Translations under genes and position numbers: made by a program
Shown here: in pieces, positions 29,521-37,800 of the stretch
Position numbering within the stretch: position 1 is the first letter of the stretch
Layout of the letters: every line of letters starts with the position of its first letter
The notes under the pieces: generated by a model
Databases searched by the model: none
What the model was told of the DNA's origin: nothing
The model's input: the letters and a program-made list of their open reading frames with translations, nothing else
Assembly: GCA_038824035.1 (NCBI GenBank)
Contig: JAWBBW010000013.1
Span: forward strand, 1-37,800
Length of the DNA stretch: 37,800 bases
Direction: 5' to 3'
Source: Desulfurococcaceae archaeon
GTDB lineage: Archaea > Thermoproteota > Thermoprotei_A > Sulfolobales > Desulfurococcaceae

Positions 29521-30594
29521 GTGGCGATAACTAACAGTGACATATTAAGGAGGGAATACCGATTGAACGAACAACCTGATTTCGCATATGGCGAAGTTAA
29601 GACAATGGATATTAAAGAGAGAAATATCCACGAGCTATTATTAGCAATGCGTGATACCTCGTTTCAGGGAAGAGCGCTGGGCGAGGCATACAAGATCTTA
29701 ATGGATATGTTCCAAGATGATAATACCACGATTTTCCTTGGCTTGGCTGGATCCATGAGCACGGCTGGCATGTGGAAGATCATTAAATGGCTAGTGGATG
29801 AGAGATATGTTGATGTAGTAGTATCAACCGGTGCTATAATAAGCGAGGATATATACGAGGCAATAGGATTTAGGTATTATAAAGTAAATCCATGCATTGA
29901 TGACTCATTACTTCTCAAGTACAAATATGATAGATTCTACGATACAGTGGCAAACGAGTTGGATTATAGGAAAATGGAGAAGTTCATACAGGATTTCATT
30001 GAGACCCTGCCCATCAACAAGGTATATTCAACGGCGGAATTTCTATATGAATTTGGCAAATACTTAAACGAAAAGGGGGTAGATAGCATAGTGGCGGCGG
30101 CATATAGGAAAAAAGTACCAGTTTTCTCGCCGGCTCTAGTTGACAGTGCATATGGAATGGCGGCATTACTTGCATATAGAAAAGGACATAGAGTGGTGAT
30201 AGATATGGTAAAAGACTTTTATCAAATAGTTGAAATAGGTAGGAGATCTAAAAAGCTCTCGGCAATATATATAGGTGGAGGGGTGCCTAAGGATTATGTA
30301 AACCTTGTAACAGTTGCACAAACGTTGATCGCTGAATATGAGGAAAACATTTCTGATTACTATAAAAGCCTTGAATATGTGGTTCAATTCACAACGGATT
30401 CACCACAATGGGGTGGCCTCAGCGGAGCTACACTTGAAGAGGCGGTAAGCTGGGGTAAAGTGTCTCCAGTGGCTAAGAAAAGAGTTGTATACGTGGATGC
30501 GACTATAGCCTTGCCACTAATAGCGCATGGCTTGTTCACAGGTGGAATTAAGCGGGTAAAACCATTTGATACAAATTGGTTTTTCGAGCAATAA
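29521..30594 (+). CDS. dys: Deoxyhypusine synthase (or a close family member)
   Basis: SFQGRALG, GLAGSMSTAG, VSTGAIISED, IGGGVPK, GGLSGATLEEAVSWGK (active-site Lys), DATIALPL. Confidence 0.9.
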   Translation: MAITNSDILRREYRLNEQPDFAYGEVKTMDIKERNIHELLLAMRDTSFQGRALGEAYKILMDMFQDDNTTIFLGLAGSMSTAGMWKIIKWLVDERYVDVVVSTGAIISEDIYEAIGFRYYKVNPCIDDSLLLKYKYDRFYDTVANELDYRKMEKFIQDFIETLPINKVYSTAEFLYEFGKYLNEKGVDSIVAAAYRKKVPVFSPALVDSAYGMAALLAYRKGHRVVIDMVKDFYQIVEIGRRSKKLSAIYIGGGVPKDYVNLVTVAQTLIAEYEENISDYYKSLEYVVQFTTDSPQWGGLSGATLEEAVSWGKVSPVAKKRVVYVDATIALPLIAHGLFTGGIKRVKPFDTNWFFEQ

Positions 30595-30605
30595 ATAGAT
30601 CATAA

Positions 30606-30944
30606 TTATTTTTTCTCCTCATTTCTCTTAATAATCATGAACCTTGGTGACGATATCCACTCGCTCTTACACCTTGGACATTTACCTGGTTTCTTAGGTT
30701 TATTCAGCTCTTTGAACACATATCCGCATTTTCTACATACAGGAGGCTCCATGACTAATATCTCATTTCCACGAGTCTTGATGTAAATGGATTTTGCAAC
30801 ATGTTCCAGGTGTTCATATATATCTTGTGACTTGATACTACGATCTTCCAACATGTTTATTATTTCATCGACTGTTAAAGGTTTTTCAGTCTCTCTCAAT
30901 ATCCTTGCGATCCTTTCCCTTGTTGTCTCGAAAAGATGTTCCAC
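30606..30944 (-). CDS. HTH plus zinc-ribbon archaeal transcriptional regulator (COG3357-like)
   Basis: TTRERIARIL, IYEHLEHVAKS, PPVCRKCGYVF...KPGKCPRCKSEWI..PRF. Confidence 0.88.
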   Translation of the reverse strand: MEHLFETTRERIARILRETEKPLTVDEIINMLEDRSIKSQDIYEHLEHVAKSIYIKTRGNEILVMEPPVCRKCGYVFKELNKPKKPGKCPRCKSEWISSPRFMIIKRNEEKK

Positions 30945-30989
30945 GAAAACACCTTGAATTAGTTGATGAATGAACCAGGTGATCGTGAT

Positions 30990-31529
30990 CTATCGCTTGG
31001 TCGTTCCTTGATATCTCTCAATCGCTTGTTTGATCTTTTCCAAGGCATGATCTCTTTTTTTCCAGCCAAGCACTTTGACCCATTTTCCTTTCTCGAGCTC
31101 CTTGTAATGAGCGAAGAAATGTTCTATCCTTTGCTTGATGGCATCTGGCAAATCGTCTATGTCATTGATATTTTGATATCTTGGATCAATTTTATCGGCT
31201 GGAACGGCGACGACCTTGGAATCAAAGCCCTTTTCATCCTCTGTCTCCAATAATCCTATAGGTTTAACCTTTATAATGGAACCGGGAACTAGCGGATCGC
31301 TAGATATTACTAGGACATCTACGGGATCGCCATCTTCTTCTAGGGTGCCAGGTATGAAGCCGTAGTTAAAGGGATAAACCATTGATGTATACAATATCCT
31401 ATCTACTAATAATAGCCCCGTTTCCTTGTCAATTTCATATTTAACACCACTGTTAATGGGTATCTCAATTACAACGTTAACCTCACTTGGTGCACGAGAA
31501 CCCGGCCCTATTCTATCAAACATATTCAT
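30990..31529 (-). CDS. ppa: Inorganic pyrophosphatase (family I)
   Basis: [47 protein letters not shown]. Confidence 0.97.
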   Translation of the reverse strand: MNMFDRIGPGSRAPSEVNVVIEIPINSGVKYEIDKETGLLLVDRILYTSMVYPFNYGFIPGTLEEDGDPVDVLVISSDPLVPGSIIKVKPIGLLETEDEKGFDSKVVAVPADKIDPRYQNINDIDDLPDAIKQRIEHFFAHYKELEKGKWVKVLGWKKRDHALEKIKQAIERYQGTTKR

Positions 31530-31631
31530 TTACATCACCTTAATTAGAGATATGGATGGTTGGTGATAAAAATTAGCGATAAAAATACACCAGATTATTT
31601 TATTTTAAAATTATTCCTATTTAAATTATTC

Positions 31632-32510
31632 CTATTTCTTCAAAGTTATATTCAATAAGCCTGGCACTCTTGATGGAGTATCGGCGACAAATACCCCTGC
31701 GTTTTCCAGTGATATTTTCTTTGACAAGTAATCACCCATGCCCATTGATATAATGGCTCCCGCATGACCCATTCTCTTACCAGGGGGTGCGGTTTTACCG
31801 GCTATGTAGGCTACTACTGGTTTTTTATTCTTCAAGCGTTCATAAAACACGGCAAATCTCTCCTCTGCATCGCCACCTATCTCCCCGATCAGCACAATTG
31901 AATCTGTATCTTTATCTTCCATGAACATTTTAACAACATCTATGAAATCCAATCCAGTTACAGGGTCTCCGCCTAAGCCTATCACCGTTGAAACCCCATA
32001 TCCATGTTTTGCAAGCTCTCTTGCTATCTCATATGTTAATGTACCACTCCTAGAGACTAAGCCTATATTTCCCTGTCTAAATACATGCGACGGCATTATA
32101 CCTAACTTGCATTGGGCAATAGTCATGATCCCAGGTGTATTAGGACCTATGATGATCACCCCATTTTTCTTAGCATAATTAATAAATCTTAACTCCTCGT
32201 GAACGGGTATGCCTTCTGTTATCACGACCACTATTTTTATATTATTAGCCATGGCCTCATATACAGCGTCTGTCGCAAATCTAGCTGGCACGAATACTAC
32301 TGAGGCATCTATTATGCCTTGCTCCATTATTGCCTCAGTAATTGTATTGTAAACTGGGACCCCGTGAACGTATGAACCTGCCTTACCAGGTGACGTGCCA
32401 GCCACGATCTTAGTGCCATATTCAAGCATAAGCTTAGTATGAAAACTACCTTCTTTGCCCGTTATCCCCTGTACTATGACTCTCGTATTAGAATTCACCA
32501 ATATGCCCAT
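31632..32510 (-). CDS. sucD: Succinyl-CoA synthetase alpha subunit
   Basis: VQGITGKEGSFH, IGPNTPG, SRSGTLTYE, GEIGG, GKRMGHAGA (phospho-His). Confidence 0.96.
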   Translation of the reverse strand: MGILVNSNTRVIVQGITGKEGSFHTKLMLEYGTKIVAGTSPGKAGSYVHGVPVYNTITEAIMEQGIIDASVVFVPARFATDAVYEAMANNIKIVVVITEGIPVHEELRFINYAKKNGVIIIGPNTPGIMTIAQCKLGIMPSHVFRQGNIGLVSRSGTLTYEIARELAKHGYGVSTVIGLGGDPVTGLDFIDVVKMFMEDKDTDSIVLIGEIGGDAEERFAVFYERLKNKKPVVAYIAGKTAPPGKRMGHAGAIISMGMGDYLSKKISLENAGVFVADTPSRVPGLLNITLKK

Positions 32511-33647
32511 TTAATCACCCGGAATCTTAGTAATCTTGATCGCCTGTTTCACTGCTTCATCCATTTCACTATATACGTATATGCCGTGTTTCATCAATAT
32601 CTTTCTACCTTCTTCTTCATTGGTACCCAATAGCCTTACAACGATAGGTTTATTAACATTGGTCTCGTTAATGGCCTCTATAATTCCTCTTGCAACTTCA
32701 TCACATCTAGTAATACCTCCGAAGATATTAATTAAGAGAACACGTGTCTTGGGATGCATTAACATTAATTTGACGGCTTCTTTGACTCGATCTTTGGATG
32801 CACCGCCACCGATGTCTAGGAAATTAAGTGGTTTACCACCGTGGTAAAGTATCAAGTCCATTGTTGCCATGGTTAGTCCGGCTCCATTGCTTATAACGCC
32901 TATATCACCGTCTAATTCGACATAGCTAAATCCGAGTTCCCGTGCACGTTTTTCATAGATCGTGAGGCCTCTTAGAGAGAGCGGTTGTAAATCCTGGTGT
33001 TTGTATAAGCTATTATCGTCAATCAAGATCTTTGCGTCTAATGCTATTAATTTCCCATCACATGTTAATGCCAATGGATTGAATTCAACTAATTCAGCAT
33101 CATAATCAATCATGATCCTATACATAGCTTTCATGATATTATCTATATCGCTTACCTTCTCATAGGGAAGATTGAGGGCATAAACAGCCTCTCTAGCCAT
33201 GTAACTACTATACCCAATCTCGGGGTCTACGAATATTTTACGAACTTTATCTGGGTGTTTTCGAGCTAATTCCTCTATCTCAACGCCGCCCATTTGAGAT
33301 ACCAAGTAAACTAATTTACGATTAGATCTATCGATGGTTAGTGAGAGATAAAGCTCCTTGTTCACGCAGATCTTTTCCTCGACAAGTATTTTTTCGACAA
33401 TTTCCCCTTTCAATGTGGTATTTAAAAGGAGCCTGGCACATGCTTCGACCTCTTCCAGTGTATTAGCTACCTTGATGCCACCAGCAAGTCCTCTACCACC
33501 TACGAGAACCTGTGCTTTTAACACAACGGGGCCGAGTTCGCTGGCCTTTTCAACAGCCTTTTCAACACTTTCAACCAAAAAACCTCTTGGAATTGGTATG
33601 CCGTATTTCTTGGCAATTTCCTTTGCTTCATATTCATAAAGTTTCAT
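32511..33647 (-). CDS. sucC: Succinyl-CoA synthetase beta subunit
   Basis: Canonical start MKLYEYEAK (ATG at 33647; ORF track starts at 33683), KAQVLVGGRGLAGG, NGAGLTMATMD, NIFGGITRCD. Confidence 0.96.
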   Translation of the reverse strand: MKLYEYEAKEIAKKYGIPIPRGFLVESVEKAVEKASELGPVVLKAQVLVGGRGLAGGIKVANTLEEVEACARLLLNTTLKGEIVEKILVEEKICVNKELYLSLTIDRSNRKLVYLVSQMGGVEIEELARKHPDKVRKIFVDPEIGYSSYMAREAVYALNLPYEKVSDIDNIMKAMYRIMIDYDAELVEFNPLALTCDGKLIALDAKILIDDNSLYKHQDLQPLSLRGLTIYEKRARELGFSYVELDGDIGVISNGAGLTMATMDLILYHGGKPLNFLDIGGGASKDRVKEAVKLMLMHPKTRVLLINIFGGITRCDEVARGIIEAINETNVNKPIVVRLLGTNEEEGRKILMKHGIYVYSEMDEAVKQAIKITKIPGD

Positions 33648-33728
33648 CGGGAACAGCCATTTTTGTAAATAATAAAGGGGCAATAAATACTGTTGTCCTC
33701 GACATCAGATATACTCACGATCAAAGGA

Positions 33729-33813
33729 TGCGGGGGGTGGGATTTGAACCCACGCAGGCCTACGCCACCGGGTCCTCAACCCGGCCCCTTTGGCCAGGCT
33801 CGGGCACCCCCGC
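33729..33813 (-). tRNA. tRNA-Leu(GAG)
   Basis: Reverse complement GCGGGGGTGCCCGAGCCTGGCCAAAGGGG, arm CCGGG-TTGAGGA-CCCGG, long variable arm, GGGTTCAAATCCC. Confidence 0.96.
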
Positions 33814-33920
33814 TATCAACTCTATAAAACAGTGATGGGCATTTTTAATTTTTGCTAAGTAAAATAATATCATGGGTAATATGCTCTGAGACATATTTCC
33901 AAGGCCTCACGTAATTGTGA

Positions 33921-34475
33921 TTGGCTATGTATACGTCCATAGATCCGAAGAATTACATTGTTCTACATCCGAGACCTGTTTATTTAATAGTCTCGAGGAA
34001 CAATGAGGGTAAATTAAACGTGATGGCGGCATCATGGGTTTCGCCTGTTTCTGACGAGCCGTTTCTCGTTGCTGTTTCCATATGGAAGGAGAGCTTAACT
34101 TACCAATACATAAGAGAGATAGGAGAGTTCACGATCAATATACCGAGCGAAAAACACGTTGATATAGTGTATAGGGCTGGTACAATGAGTGGTAAAGAAA
34201 TAGATAAAATAAGTGCGTTGGGGTTACAGACATCGCCATCAAAGATCATAAGAACACCCGGTCTTATGGATATGCTGGGTTTCCTAGAATGCGTTGTCAA
34301 AGATTCAATAGATGTTGGGGAATCAACACTATTCATAGCCGAAGTCAAGGCGATACATATAAGGCCTGATTTATTCTCGCGTTATGGATGGGATCTACGC
34401 AAGGCCAAGGTGTTGTTGCATAATTCTGGTAAAGGCTTCAGTGTCCCGGAGAGAATAATAATTGTTAAAGGATGA
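33921..34475 (+). CDS. Flavin reductase family (FMN-binding split barrel) protein
   Basis: LHPRPVYLIVS, NVMAASW, GEFTINIP, G..SGKEIDK, LECVV, G.STLFIAEV. Confidence 0.9.
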   Translation: MAMYTSIDPKNYIVLHPRPVYLIVSRNNEGKLNVMAASWVSPVSDEPFLVAVSIWKESLTYQYIREIGEFTINIPSEKHVDIVYRAGTMSGKEIDKISALGLQTSPSKIIRTPGLMDMLGFLECVVKDSIDVGESTLFIAEVKAIHIRPDLFSRYGWDLRKAKVLLHNSGKGFSVPERIIIVKG

Positions 34476-34532
34476 AGTAATAGTTAATTGAAAATTTTTA
34501 ATCCCTTTTTATCTAGAACTCTGTGTGAGAAT

Positions 34533-35216
34533 ATGCCCCGTATAAAAACATATCTCGTATCCTGGGAAGAGATCGTAGACTGGTCAATGCATTTAGCGGA
34601 AATAGTCCTTAAGGATGGCTATAGGCCAGATATAGTTGTTGCTGTCTCCAGAGGTGGGTTTGTTCCAGCTAGGCTTTTATGCGATTTCCTAGGCATAGAG
34701 AATCTATTGAGCATTCAAAGCCAACACTGGACAGAAGCAGCTAAGGCTGAGGAGAAGGCAATATTGAAATACCCATATAATATTGATGCACATGGTTTGA
34801 AAATTCTCGTTGTAGACGATATCGTTGACACTGGTGAAACGCTAAAATTAGCAAGGGATTATATAAGGGAGAATTGGAGACCAAACGAGGTCAAAACAGC
34901 GGCCCTCCAATGGATCAGCCCTGTTGCCAAGTTTAAACCCGATTATTATTACATTGAGATAACAGAGTGGACATGGTTCCAATATCCGTGGACAAGGCTC
35001 GAAGATACATATCAATTTATAAAGAGAATGATGGTTGAGACGTACAAGGAGACAGGTAAGAAAGAATGGAATTATCAGGAAATAATCAATGGTTTCAAAG
35101 AATGGTATGGAATAGATGTTGGCGAAGTCTATTACAAAAAGGCGCTTGAGGTACTGGTGACTAAGGGGATCATAACTTTCGATAAAAATAGAAATGTCTA
35201 CGTGCTCAAAGTGTGA
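34533..35216 (+). CDS. Purine phosphoribosyltransferase (crenarchaeal HGXPRT/APRT-like)
   Basis: [20 protein letters not shown] motif [18 protein letters not shown]; probable ATG at 34533 (ORF track starts at 34488). Confidence 0.88.
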   Translation: MPRIKTYLVSWEEIVDWSMHLAEIVLKDGYRPDIVVAVSRGGFVPARLLCDFLGIENLLSIQSQHWTEAAKAEEKAILKYPYNIDAHGLKILVVDDIVDTGETLKLARDYIRENWRPNEVKTAALQWISPVAKFKPDYYYIEITEWTWFQYPWTRLEDTYQFIKRMMVETYKETGKKEWNYQEIINGFKEWYGIDVGEVYYKKALEVLVTKGIITFDKNRNVYVLKV

Positions 35217-36043
35217 TGGATATGCTGGTCAAGCCACCACTGAACGCGGAAATAGGTATCATTGGTGGTAGCGGCCTCTACGAGTTACCCGGCTTGGTAG
35301 ATGTCAAGGAATTCAAGATCTATACACCTTATGGGGCTCCAAGTGATAACATTGTGGTGGGTGTATTAAAGAACCGGAGAGTAGCGTTTATCGCGAGGCA
35401 TGGTAGAGGACATAAAATACCACCACATAGAGTAAATTATAGAGCTAATATATGGGCATTAAAGTCACTTGGAGTTAAATGGATCATAGCGGTCTCAGCG
35501 GTGGGCAGTCTCCGCGAGGATTATAGGCCTGGAGATTTCGTTGTTCCAGATCAATTCATAGACATGACAAAGGGTGTAAGGCCATATACGTTTTTCGAAG
35601 GAGGTGTTGTAGCGCATGTAAGTGTTGCTGATCCTTTCTGTGAGCAATTGAGAAAGATAATATTGAAAGTAGCAACAGAATACCCTGAAATAAGGATACA
35701 TGATAAAGGAACATATGTATGTATTGAAGGTCCTCGTTTCAGTACAAGGGCGGAGAGCCGTATTTGGAAAGAGGTATTTAAAGCGGATATAATTGGCATG
35801 ACACTAGTACCAGAAGTGACATTAGCATGTGAAGCACAATTATGTTACGCGACAATAGCCATGGTAACCGATTATGACGTGTGGGCTGAGAAACCGGTAA
35901 CAGCGGAAGAAGTAATGAAAACCATGAACGAAAACATAGCAAAGGTTAAAAAGATATTACCGAGAATCATAGAGTTGATACCAAGCGAGCCAGATGAGAA
36001 AGAATGCAGTTGTTGCAAAAGCTTAGAGACAGCTCTATTATAA
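35213..36043 (+). CDS. mtnP: S-methyl-5'-thioadenosine phosphorylase
   Basis: [43 protein letters not shown]; C-terminal CSC motif as in thermophilic MTAP II. Confidence 0.95.
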   Translation: MMDMLVKPPLNAEIGIIGGSGLYELPGLVDVKEFKIYTPYGAPSDNIVVGVLKNRRVAFIARHGRGHKIPPHRVNYRANIWALKSLGVKWIIAVSAVGSLREDYRPGDFVVPDQFIDMTKGVRPYTFFEGGVVAHVSVADPFCEQLRKIILKVATEYPEIRIHDKGTYVCIEGPRFSTRAESRIWKEVFKADIIGMTLVPEVTLACEAQLCYATIAMVTDYDVWAEKPVTAEEVMKTMNENIAKVKKILPRIIELIPSEPDEKECSCCKSLETALL

Positions 36044-36942
36044 CTGTATTCACCAGGTCACTCGAGGAAATAGAGAGAATAGCGCGGGAACATTATCATT
36101 TTATCAGGGATTTTTTGAAAAGCTCATTTGGTAGGCCATTATTACTGGTTTACACAGGTCTGGGAAATTTACCGGCAAATGTTGTTTACTGGTATATGTT
36201 GACCATGTGTGAAGAGCAATACGTGGTGATCTCAGAAGCTCAGACGGCATCCCTTTACATACTCCCATATAGGGAGAAAACATCCATATTAGCGTTTGGT
36301 GTAGGTGATCATTCGCTTTTGATCGATACTGTAAGGGTCGTTAGATTATTGGGCCATGATATATGGGCGATAATGTCTAAGCTAGGTGATGACCGAGTAG
36401 AAACACTGTCTAAAGGCCTTGGCATACTGATTATTCCACTCAAAAATGAACTAGACGCGTCGCTGGCAATGGCAATATCATCGTTCATGGCGTTAACAGA
36501 AGTGTTTAGAGAAAGATTTGAAGCAAGAGGCCGTAGATTATTTGAACATAGCCTTGAGGGCTTTACGGCTATCTCCGAGAGCCTCATTGAAAAATACATG
36601 GATGTATTGGAGAACATATTGTCTAGGAAAAAGATCATTGTGACATCAAGCAAATTGATGGAGACATCTTCAGTGTTATTGACATATGTGTTGAAAAGAA
36701 GTGGTATAGATGCATATTATATTCCTTTTGAAATCTTGAATACTATTGATGTGTGGGGCGATATACTGGTAGTTGCAACAAGCGTTGAGGAAAAAATGGC
36801 TAGGAATTTGAAATATAAATTATCGCGATCAGGCTCAGGAATAGTTGATCTAGTTTTGAATACAGACCCGTTGGAAGCTAATATATATTTGTCCACACTT
36901 GCATATTACATCGAAAAGCTGAGATCAAGTGTTACCGCATGA
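36004..36942 (+). CDS. Hypothetical protein, possibly tandem degenerate SIS (sugar isomerase) domains
   Basis: 312-aa ORF within an operon; alternating beta/alpha pattern in two halves; no catalytic motif recognised; start uncertain. Confidence 0.55.
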   Translation: MQLLQKLRDSSIITVFTRSLEEIERIAREHYHFIRDFLKSSFGRPLLLVYTGLGNLPANVVYWYMLTMCEEQYVVISEAQTASLYILPYREKTSILAFGVGDHSLLIDTVRVVRLLGHDIWAIMSKLGDDRVETLSKGLGILIIPLKNELDASLAMAISSFMALTEVFRERFEARGRRLFEHSLEGFTAISESLIEKYMDVLENILSRKKIIVTSSKLMETSSVLLTYVLKRSGIDAYYIPFEILNTIDVWGDILVVATSVEEKMARNLKYKLSRSGSGIVDLVLNTDPLEANIYLSTLAYYIEKLRSSVTA

Positions 36943-36962
36943 TCTATAGGGTGTAGAATAAA

Positions 36963-37301
36963 ATGATTGTTCATCTTAGAAAAGCAATCTTGCTTGTTCA
37001 ATTCGTGTTGGCCATATCGTCGATGTTAGCAGTGTTTACTGTAAATATCGCGGCCACTATAGTAGGTCTAATACTATTCGTAATAATGATCACTTATTTG
37101 AACTTATACTTGGAGAAATCCCCCACTATTAGGGAGATGAAGGCGATATTGACTTTATCTTTTACCTCGATAACACTGGGAGTGTTGTTGGGTCTTGTGA
37201 TTGGTTATTACTACAATTTTATTGATATTGTTTTAACAGGGGTTTCAATCATATTGTTAATATTAATATACATGTTTTTCATTGAGAGGGCTTTAAAATG
37301 A
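36963..37301 (+). CDS. Small membrane protein (about 4 TM)
   Basis: Hydrophobic 112-aa ORF with GGGTG RBS; stop overlaps the next ATG (ATGA). Confidence 0.7.
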   Translation: MIVHLRKAILLVQFVLAISSMLAVFTVNIAATIVGLILFVIMITYLNLYLEKSPTIREMKAILTLSFTSITLGVLLGLVIGYYYNFIDIVLTGVSIILLILIYMFFIERALK

Positions 37302-37800
37302 AGATCGCAGTAATAGATTATCGTAAAAGCCCGTCTCAAACAGCACTGGAATTAATGGATGCCATATCGAAGAGAAATGCACAACCTGTGTATATGAAAG
37401 CACATCTATTTGACGCTGTGATAAAGGATAACCGTGTACAGGTATATTATGGGAAAGAAAAGGTAAATGTGGATGCGGCTATATTGAGAAATATAGGGCT
37501 TTATATGAGCTTAGAAGTGTTCTTAAAGAGGATCGGGGTTTTAGAGGCGTTGGCAACTCAGATACCAATAGTGAATAATCCTACAATTGCGTTCATAGCG
37601 CGCGATAAGTGGAGATGTCTATTAAAATTGGCCTTAAACGAATTGCCTGTCCCTGAAACTATGGTAACCGAAAATCCATTTAGTGCTATGAGATTTGTCG
37701 AGACAAAGAAAAGGGCTGTATATAAACCCATAACAGGCAGTCTCGGCCTGGGAAGTGCTTTGATAACTGACCCTGACTTAGCTTTCAACACTACAAGGAG
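37298..37800 (+). CDS. RimK/LysX-family ATP-grasp ligase, truncated by window end (not in ORF track)
   Basis: Manual translation MKIAVIDY...DAAILRNIG...IVNNP...ARDKWRC...LPVPETMVT...VYKPITGSLGLG. Confidence 0.88.
   Translation, partial: MKIAVIDYRKSPSQTALELMDAISKRNAQPVYMKAHLFDAVIKDNRVQVYYGKEKVNVDAAILRNIGLYMSLEVFLKRIGVLEALATQIPIVNNPTIAFIARDKWRCLLKLALNELPVPETMVTENPFSAMRFVETKKRAVYKPITGSLGLGSALITDPDLAFNTTR

Noticed and set aside
25029-33813. Integrated element bounded by tRNA genes (shared GGGTTCAAATCCCGGC sequences)
   Set aside because: The repeats are the T-arms of complete tRNAs; there is no integrase, no partial att duplicate, and the content between them is housekeeping.
37558-37791. 77-aa minus-strand ORF
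   Set aside because: Antisense to the RimK-family gene starting at 37298.

Overview
AT-rich chromosomal window from a (hyper)thermophilic crenarchaeon, probably Desulfurococcales-like. This is inferred from the GC-rich 23S rRNA with no 5S behind it, tRNAs lacking encoded CCA, an intron-containing tRNA-Met, GGTG(A) ribosome-binding sites and a DGGGP synthase. Most content is housekeeping: 23S rRNA 3' end, a membrane-anchored S8 protease, a complete A/V-type ATP synthase operon (H-I-K-E-C-F-A-B-D), proC, purEK, NCS1 and MATE transporters, four tRNAs, deoxyhypusine synthase, ppa, sucCD, purine/MTA salvage genes and a truncated RimK-like ligase. The main find is a candidate archaeal RiPP cluster at 13857-17998. 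It comprises a divergent ArsR regulator, a 42-aa CxxxC precursor-like peptide missing from the ORF track (14535-14663), a radical SAM/SPASM enzyme, an ABC exporter and a small Cys-pair protein with a paralog 10 kb away. Also found: a box C/D sRNA just downstream of tRNA-Met whose two guides match nearby sites in the 23S rRNA of this window, a GH127 pseudogene with its catalytic centre deleted, and an Illumina P5 adapter sequence embedded in the 23S rRNA (assembly artefact). All calls are by eye; no database searches were run.
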